Source: an uncultured Armatimonadia bacterium (GTDB taxonomy: Bacteria; Armatimonadota; Zipacnadia; Zipacnadales; UBA5352). From it: a DNA stretch of 60,277 nt. The stretch's first letter is position 1. Every line of letters begins with the position of its first letter. The notes beneath the pieces are model-generated. The model was not told the origin of the DNA, did not search any database, and saw only the letters and a list, made by a program, of their open reading frames with translations. This document shows positions 54,693 to 60,277 of the stretch, piece after piece. The translations under genes and the position numbers were made by a program. The stretch lies in contig CAZTZN010000006.1 in assembly GCA_964617715.1 (NCBI GenBank), forward strand, positions 1 through 60,277, given 5' to 3'.

Positions 54693-56393
54693 ATGGAGGA
54701 CGGGATTGTGACGGCCGAGATGATTGCCCAACGGGTGGGGCAGCGCATCGGAGAAGCCCTGCTCGAGACGCGCGAGCGTAAGGCCACACGGCTGTATCTG
54801 ACGATCGACCCGGCCGCGGTGGTGGACACCGCGGACGAGTTGTTCAACCAGATGCAGGCGCGCTATGTGATTACCGCCGCGACCGACCAGCGCCGGGATC
54901 ACGGAGCCTACCTGGTTACGCACTTCTTCTCCTTCGACCAGGACGACATCTACGTAGCGGTGCATGCGCGCGTGCCTGAGGACGACCCGCGCATCGACTC
55001 GATCACGCCGACGATCCCCGGCGCGGGCTGGGCCGAGCGCGAGATGCGCGACATGATCGGGGTCGAGCCGGTCGGTCATCCCGATCCGCGGCGGCTGGTG
55101 CTGCCCGACGACTGGCCGGAGGATCTGCACCCGTTGCGCTGCGACTTCTCCCTCGATGACAGCCCGGCGCCGGCCGAGGGCATGGAGATGCCCATGAAGG
55201 ACATTCCTGAGGGCGCCGTGATGGTGCCGGTCGGGCCCTACTTCCCGACCCAGCACGAGCCCGAGAGCTTCGCGGTGTTCGTCGAGGGCGAGACCGTGGT
55301 GGGCTCGGACTACCGGGGCTTTTACAACCACCGGGGCATCGAGAAGTTGGGCTGCAGCGACCTGACCTACAACCAGATTCCGTTCGTCGCCGAGCGTATC
55401 TGCGGCATCTGCGGTTTCGTGCACTCCTGCGCCTACTGCATGGCCGTGGAGGAGGCCGCGGGTATCGAGGTGCCGCGGCGTGCGGACTACATCCGCACCA
55501 TCTTCCTGGAGCTTGAGCGCCTGCACAGCCACCTGCTGTGGACCGGCGTGGCGGCGCACATCATCGGCTTCGACACGCTCTTCATGCAGACCTGGCGCAT
55601 GCGCGAGCCGGTCATGTGGCTGTGCGAGAAGCTGACCGGCAACCGCAAGACCTACGGGATGAACATCATCGGCGGCGTGCGCCGCGACATCCCCGAGGAC
55701 GCGCACGTTGACATCGAGCGGGTGCTGGCCGACATCGAGCGCGAGTGGACCGCGCTGGCGGAGGCCGTGCCCGGTGACCGCACACTGATGGCGCGCCTGC
55801 GCGATGTGGGCTATCTGTCGCCGGAGCAGGCGCGCAGTATATGCGCGCTGGGCCCGACCGCGCGCGGTTCGGGCAAGCGCATTGACGTGCGCGTCGATCA
55901 CCCCTACGCGGCCTACGATGAACTGGAGCTGACCGCACCGATCGAGGACGGGGGCGACACGCTGGCGCGCACCCTGGTGCGCCTGGCCGAGACGCCCATC
56001 GCCATCTCCATCATCCGCCAGGCATTGGCGCATATGCCCGCCGGGCCGGTGCGCGCGGAGATCGACGAGGAGATTCCGGCCGGGCTCGAGGGCATCGCCG
56101 CCGTCGAGGCCCCGCGCGGGGAGTCGTTCCACTGGGTGCTGACCGGCGAGGACAACCGGCCGGCGCGCTGGCGCGTGCGCGCTCCGACCTACGCCAACCT
56201 GCAGGCGATCGACGCCATGATCAAGGGCGACGTGCTGGCCGACGTGCCCATCGACATCGGCAGCATCGATCCGTGCTACTCGTGCACCGACCGCATGACG
56301 GTCATTGATCGCCGCAGCGGGCAGATGCGCGTAATGACACGAGAGGAGATGGCCGGGCGGCGCCAGAACGCGTCCGGGCATATGACCACATGA
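54693..56393 (+). CDS. Group-4 [NiFe]-hydrogenase large subunit, NuoC-NuoD fusion (HycE-like)
   Basis: The N-terminal ~170 aa are NuoC-like. L1 motif RICGICGFVH (Cys237/Cys240) and L2 motif DPCYSCTDR (Cys528/Cys531) are present. A 32-residue tail follows the Arg. Confidence 0.92.
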   Translation: MEDGIVTAEMIAQRVGQRIGEALLETRERKATRLYLTIDPAAVVDTADELFNQMQARYVITAATDQRRDHGAYLVTHFFSFDQDDIYVAVHARVPEDDPRIDSITPTIPGAGWAEREMRDMIGVEPVGHPDPRRLVLPDDWPEDLHPLRCDFSLDDSPAPAEGMEMPMKDIPEGAVMVPVGPYFPTQHEPESFAVFVEGETVVGSDYRGFYNHRGIEKLGCSDLTYNQIPFVAERICGICGFVHSCAYCMAVEEAAGIEVPRRADYIRTIFLELERLHSHLLWTGVAAHIIGFDTLFMQTWRMREPVMWLCEKLTGNRKTYGMNIIGGVRRDIPEDAHVDIERVLADIEREWTALAEAVPGDRTLMARLRDVGYLSPEQARSICALGPTARGSGKRIDVRVDHPYAAYDELELTAPIEDGGDTLARTLVRLAETPIAISIIRQALAHMPAGPVRAEIDEEIPAGLEGIAAVEAPRGESFHWVLTGEDNRPARWRVRAPTYANLQAIDAMIKGDVLADVPIDIGSIDPCYSCTDRMTVIDRRSGQMRVMTREEMAGRRQNASGHMTT

Positions 56394-57304
56394 CGTTGAC
56401 GCAGTATCTGCCGACAATCGGGACCGCGGTCGCGGGGATGCTGCTGGCGCTGCTGGCGGCGCCGCTGCTGGAGGGCATGGTGCGCAAGCTGCGCGCGGTC
56501 ATCCAGTCGCGCCAGGGCCCGCCGGTGACCCAGCCCTACCTGGACCTGCTCAAGCTGCTGGCCAAGGAGGATCTGCGTGTCTCCGCCGGCCTGGTGGTGG
56601 CGTGGGGGCCACCGGTATTCCTGGCGGCCATCCTGGTCGCGGCGGGCATCATGCCGCTGGGGGGCATTACGCCCGAGCTGGCCGCCGCCGACATCGTGGT
56701 CTTCATCGGCCTGCTGGCGCTGGCGAACATCACGCTCGCCGGCCTGGGCTTCGCCACCGGTTCGGCGTTCTCGTCGCTGGGGGCCAGCCGCGAGGTCATG
56801 CTGATGCTCGCGGCCGAGCCGGTGCTGTTCCTGTCGCTGCTGGTGTTGACGCTGCAGGGCCACTCGCTGACCTTCGCGGGGATGCTGCAGGCGCCCGTGG
56901 GCATCGCAACCATCGCTGCGGCGGTGACCTACCTGCTGGCGCTGCAGATGTACGTGGCCAAGATCCCCTTCGACATCACCGAGGCGGAGACCGAGCTGAT
57001 CGGCGGGCCGCTGAGCGAGCTGAGCGGCCCGCGCCTGGCGATGGTCTACTGGGGCATCTACGCCAAGCAGTTCATCTACAGCTCGCTGTTCGTGCAGCTC
57101 TTCATCCCGTGGACGCTCAGCTTCATCCCGTGGGCGCCGCTGGCGGTGCTGGCGAATGTGGCGTGGGTGTTCGTGGTCAACCTGGTCGTGGTGGGCATCG
57201 TGGCCTCGGTCAACCCGCGCCTGCGTCTCGACCAGGCGCTGCGCTACGGCATGACCCTGGCGGCCGTCGCGGCCGCGGCGCTGATCTACGCGGCTATCGT
57301 GTGA
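56390..57304 (+). CDS. Hydrogenase membrane subunit HycD (NuoH-like)
   Basis: ATGA overlap with the large-subunit stop. 8-TM protein. LLEGMVRKLRAVIQSRQGPP matches the NuoH/HycD N-terminal signature. PFDITEAETEL. Confidence 0.88.
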   Translation: MTLTQYLPTIGTAVAGMLLALLAAPLLEGMVRKLRAVIQSRQGPPVTQPYLDLLKLLAKEDLRVSAGLVVAWGPPVFLAAILVAAGIMPLGGITPELAAADIVVFIGLLALANITLAGLGFATGSAFSSLGASREVMLMLAAEPVLFLSLLVLTLQGHSLTFAGMLQAPVGIATIAAAVTYLLALQMYVAKIPFDITEAETELIGGPLSELSGPRLAMVYWGIYAKQFIYSSLFVQLFIPWTLSFIPWAPLAVLANVAWVFVVNLVVVGIVASVNPRLRLDQALRYGMTLAAVAAAALIYAAIV

Positions 57305-57335
57305 GGCATAACGTCGCATCGTGGGCGTGAGAGAA

Positions 57336-57824
57336 ATGACCATCGCGAGCAAGCTCAAAGAGGCGCTGCTGTGCATGAAGGCCGGTCGCGTGACCCTGCC
57401 CTATCCCTTCGAGCCACATGACCCGGATGAGGGCTTCCGCGGCCTGCCCAGGGTTGATGTCAACAAATGTATCGGCTGCGGCGGCTGCGCGAACGTCTGC
57501 CCGGCGCGGCTGATTCGCATCATCGACAAGGACCAGTTCACGCGCGTGCTGGTCTTTCTCTACGAGCGGTGCACCTACTGCGGGCGTTGCGCCGAGGTGT
57601 GCCCCGAGGGCGCCATCGAGATGACGCGTGAGTTCGAGCTGTCCACGGACGATGTGCACGACGACATGATCGGTGAGTACCACATCTTCATGGGCCCGTG
57701 CGAGCGCTGTGGTCGTTGCTACCGGCCGCCCACGGCGCTTGATAAGCTCATGAAGCCGGGCATGCGCGATGACCCGATCGACCGCAAGTGTCCCGCGGCC
57801 CGGCGAACCGCAGACGAACAGTGA
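57336..57824 (+). CDS. 2x[4Fe-4S] ferredoxin-like subunit HycF (NuoI-like)
   Basis: CIGCGGCANVCP and CTYCGRCAEVCP, plus extra C-terminal cysteines (CERCGRC...KCP). I prefer ATG 57336 over GTG 57321. Confidence 0.85.
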   Translation: MTIASKLKEALLCMKAGRVTLPYPFEPHDPDEGFRGLPRVDVNKCIGCGGCANVCPARLIRIIDKDQFTRVLVFLYERCTYCGRCAEVCPEGAIEMTREFELSTDDVHDDMIGEYHIFMGPCERCGRCYRPPTALDKLMKPGMRDDPIDRKCPAARRTADEQ

Positions 57825-57860
57825 GGTGGCGTGATCTCCCGCCTGCTTTGAGGTGACGAT

Positions 57861-58379
57861 GTGATTCGCGACTGGCTCATCAGGAAGGTTCTGCCCCGCT
57901 CGCTGTGGGTCTACCATACCAACTGCGGGGCCTGCAACGGCTGCGACATCGAGGTGCTCGATGTCCTGACGCCCTACTACGACGCCGAGCGTTTCGGCAT
58001 CAGGCTCGTGGGGTCACCGCGCCACGCCGACGCGCTGCTGGTGTCCGGGCCCATGACTCGACAGACCGCGCCCGCGGTGCGCCGGGTCTACGAGGCCGTC
58101 CCCGACCCCAAGGTGGTCTTCGCCATCGGCTCGTGCGCCACCGGCGGCGGGCTCTGGCACGACACCTACAACGTGCTGGGCGGCGCCGACCAGGTGCTGC
58201 CGGTGGACTTCTACGTACCCGGCTGCCCGCCGCGCCCTGAGGCGATCCTGCATGGTATTGCCACCGCGCTCGGCCTCACCCCCAAGGAGGTGCACGCCCT
58301 TCGCGCCATCCAGGAGGCCGATGACGTCGAGATCGAGGACCTGCGCGAGGAACAGCGGCTGGTCCGCGAGCAGGACTGA
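57861..58379 (+). CDS. Group-4 [NiFe]-hydrogenase small subunit HycG (NuoB-like)
   Basis: CGACNGCDIE, GSCATGGG and PGCPPRP ligate a single proximal cluster. GTG start after GAGGTGA. Confidence 0.88.
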   Translation: MIRDWLIRKVLPRSLWVYHTNCGACNGCDIEVLDVLTPYYDAERFGIRLVGSPRHADALLVSGPMTRQTAPAVRRVYEAVPDPKVVFAIGSCATGGGLWHDTYNVLGGADQVLPVDFYVPGCPPRPEAILHGIATALGLTPKEVHALRAIQEADDVEIEDLREEQRLVREQD

Positions 58380-58390
58380 CGGACGGGTAG

Positions 58391-58418
58391 CCGGGAACGA
58401 GGAACCGGCAACCGGGAA
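58391..58418 (+). repeat. Four tandem heptads CCGGGAA-CGAGGAA-CCGGCAA-CCGGGAA directly after the hydrogenase operon stop
   Basis: Read directly. It shares the 14-mer GGAACCGGCAACCG (58401-58414) with 60260-60273. Confidence 0.5.
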
Positions 58419-58579
58419 CGGCGTAAGGCGACGGCGGGCGGCGGCCGAGGTCATCGATCAGATCCGTGGCGCAGTCCTCCAACCTGCGGCCGTCGCCCCC
58501 ACTGCCCGAGCAGGACTGCCCGCCTCCCGTGCCGAATGCCCCGCTGAGCGACAATCCCCGTCAGCGGGAGCGATCACCC

Positions 58580-60241
58580 ATGAGGCGCGTCACCACTGCC
58601 CTCGTCACGCTCTGCCTCTGTCTGCCTCTGGCTCACGCCGGCAAGCTCATCGAGACCGGGTGGGACCACGCCAACCCCGAGCGTATGCGCCAGAACCTGG
58701 AGGTCATGGAGCAGACTCCCTTCCAGGGCCTCGTCATCGAGTTCAGCGGCCCCGGCGGGCAACCCGGCTACCGCTACGTGCACTCCGGCGAGGTATGGGA
58801 CGAGTCGGCCATCCCCGCCATCATCGAGGACCTGCGGGCCGTGCAGCCCGAGCAGCTCAGGGACCGCTTCCTGCAGGTCAACGCCAACCCCGGCGACGTG
58901 GACTGGTTCGACGACGCCGGCTGGGAGCAGATCGTGCACCACTGGCGCATCGCGGCGCGCGTGGCGAAGCAGGGCGGACTGACCGGCATTCTCTTCGACC
59001 CCGAGCCCTACCGCGATCCCTGGCGGCAGTTCGCCTACGCCTCTCAACCGCAGGCCGACGAGCACTCCTTCGCCGAGTACTACGCCAGGGCCCGCCAGCG
59101 CGGGCGCGAGGTCATGACCGTGGTCGCCGAGGAGTTCCCCGACATAACCCTCTTCTGCTACTTCATGCTCTCGGTCACAGCCACCGCCGCCCATCTCGAC
59201 AACCCCATCGACGGGCTGGTCGGGGACAGCTACGGCCTCTACCCGCCCTTCATCGACGGCTGGCTGGACGTGGCGCCCGAGACCGTGACCTTCGTGGACG
59301 GTTGCGAGCGCGCCTACCACTTCAACAGCCAGCTCGAGTACCTGGGTGCGGCCAACCTCATCCGCAATACCTGCCGGCGGTTGGTGTCGCCCGAGAACCG
59401 TTACAAGTACCGCGCGCAGGTGCAGGTGAGCTTCGGCGTCTACCTCGATGCCTACGCCAACCCGCCGGACTCGCGCTGGTACATAGACCCGGGAGAGCTG
59501 ACCCCGACCCAGCGTCTGCAGGCGAACGTCTCGACCGCCCTCGCGGTCGCCGACGAGTACGTGTGGGTTTACGGTGAGCAGGCGTGCTGGTGGCCGACGC
59601 CGCACCGGCGCGCGGGCGAGCACCGCTGGCCGGAGCTGCTCCCGGGCATCGACGCGGCGCTGTGGGCGGCGGCGAACCCGGCGGGCTACGTCGAGCGGCT
59701 CATGAACCAGCGCGGCGACGCGCTGGCCAACCTGTTCATCAACGGGGACTTCTCCGGCCAGGCGGGTCCGCCTGCGCCGGGAGCGGCGACCGCGCCCGAC
59801 TGGGAACAGGGCGCGGCGCCACCGGGCTGGAGCTTCTGGCAGGCGGGCATCTCCGAAGGCCGACCCGGCTGGGACCGTGAGGTCGGGCATGACGCGCCGG
59901 GCTCGGGGACCCTGACCGCGGTCGGGGAGGGGTGTCTCATCCAGTCGATCGAAGTGCGGCCGGGCGAGACCTACGGCATCTGCGCGTGGCGGCGCATCCA
60001 GGGCGAAGGCAGCGCAACCATCCGCGTGCGCTGGCAGACGCCCGAGGGCAGGTGGCATGCCGAGCAGCTCGACAAAATGCTCGGGACTTCCACGCCCGCG
60101 GAGGAATGGGGCCGCATGGCCGGGCTGGTCACGGTGCCCGACGGCGCGGGCAAGCTCATTGTGCTGCTGCAGGCGAGCGGCCAGCGCTCGGAGGACGACG
60201 TGATCTGGTGGGATGACGTGGTGGTGTTCCGGGCGGATTGA
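58580..60241 (+). CDS. Secreted hypothetical protein with C-terminal CBM-like (jelly-roll) domain
   Basis: Start at ATG 58580 (signal peptide MRRVTTALVTLCLCLPLAHA). The last ~170 aa (NGDFSG..GWSFWQ..IEVRPGETY..WDDVVVFRA) look like a CBM4/9/22-type carbohydrate-binding module. I do not recognise the N-terminal ~380 aa. Confidence 0.7.
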   Translation: MRRVTTALVTLCLCLPLAHAGKLIETGWDHANPERMRQNLEVMEQTPFQGLVIEFSGPGGQPGYRYVHSGEVWDESAIPAIIEDLRAVQPEQLRDRFLQVNANPGDVDWFDDAGWEQIVHHWRIAARVAKQGGLTGILFDPEPYRDPWRQFAYASQPQADEHSFAEYYARARQRGREVMTVVAEEFPDITLFCYFMLSVTATAAHLDNPIDGLVGDSYGLYPPFIDGWLDVAPETVTFVDGCERAYHFNSQLEYLGAANLIRNTCRRLVSPENRYKYRAQVQVSFGVYLDAYANPPDSRWYIDPGELTPTQRLQANVSTALAVADEYVWVYGEQACWWPTPHRRAGEHRWPELLPGIDAALWAAANPAGYVERLMNQRGDALANLFINGDFSGQAGPPAPGAATAPDWEQGAAPPGWSFWQAGISEGRPGWDREVGHDAPGSGTLTAVGEGCLIQSIEVRPGETYGICAWRRIQGEGSATIRVRWQTPEGRWHAEQLDKMLGTSTPAEEWGRMAGLVTVPDGAGKLIVLLQASGQRSEDDVIWWDDVVVFRAD

Positions 60242-60277
60242 GGCGGGAATCGGGAGCCGGGAACCGGCAACCGAAGG
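60242..60277 (+). repeat. Second copy of the heptad element (..CGGGAG-CCGGGAA-CCGGCAA-CCGAAGG), truncated by the window end
   Basis: Begins 1 nt after the stop codon at 60239-60241. CCGGGAACCGGCAACCG lies at 60257-60273. Confidence 0.5.

Noticed and set aside
53412-56417. 1001-aa minus-strand ORF antisense to the hydrogenase genes
   Set aside because: This is an antisense artefact. The plus-strand genes carry the Ni-Fe ligand and antiporter motifs.
1-60277. tRNA, rRNA, CRISPR arrays, transposases/integrases, prophage or classical defence-system genes
   Set aside because: I scanned for T-loop-like GGTTCGAATCC motifs, regularly spaced direct repeats and recombinase/nuclease-ATPase gene pairs. 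None was found. The only GGTTCGA occurrence lies inside the DUF1559 coding frame.

Overview
This is a visibly GC-rich bacterial chromosomal segment (third codon positions are almost all G/C). I call about 43 protein-coding genes. I see no rRNA, tRNA, CRISPR array, transposase or integrase.

Gene content, left to right:
- Housekeeping and envelope genes: a bifunctional-nuclease-domain protein, a UPF0182 membrane protein, a DUF3604-type metallohydrolase, a HAD hydrolase, an AIR-synthase-like protein, a metallophosphoesterase and a Gfo/Idh/MocA oxidoreductase.
- A divergent pair of zinc-ribbon/TPR proteins. One is a Hanks-type kinase homologue that lacks the catalytic residues.
- A promoter-led four-gene operon: ABC exporter, DUF4175-like protein, TPR protein, DMT transporter.
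- A glycan-flavoured block: UxaC-family protein, lipid kinase, an orphan DUF1559 pseudopilin, and a 1481-aa discoidin / heparinase-like / FG-GAP protein.
- A DmlA-type dehydrogenase next to a LarA-family racemase, then argG and an MscS channel.
- A liv-type ABC importer with two tandem lipoprotein binding proteins, followed by a PaaK-like protein with degenerate adenylation motifs.
- A fused E1 alpha-beta 2-oxoacid dehydrogenase whose linker resembles sigma-70 region 2, then copA.

The best candidate for something new is the eight-gene operon at 48634-58379. A Hyc-type group-4 [NiFe]-hydrogenase membrane core is joined to an AsrAB / sulfhydrogenase beta-gamma-like NAD(P)H module and to an FdhH-like molybdopterin-family subunit. 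That subunit has Ile-Asp where formate dehydrogenases have (Se)Cys-His.

The DUF1559 pseudopilin suggests a PVC/Armatimonadota-like lineage, but this is a weak inference. All family calls are motif recognition from memory. No searches or computations were run.
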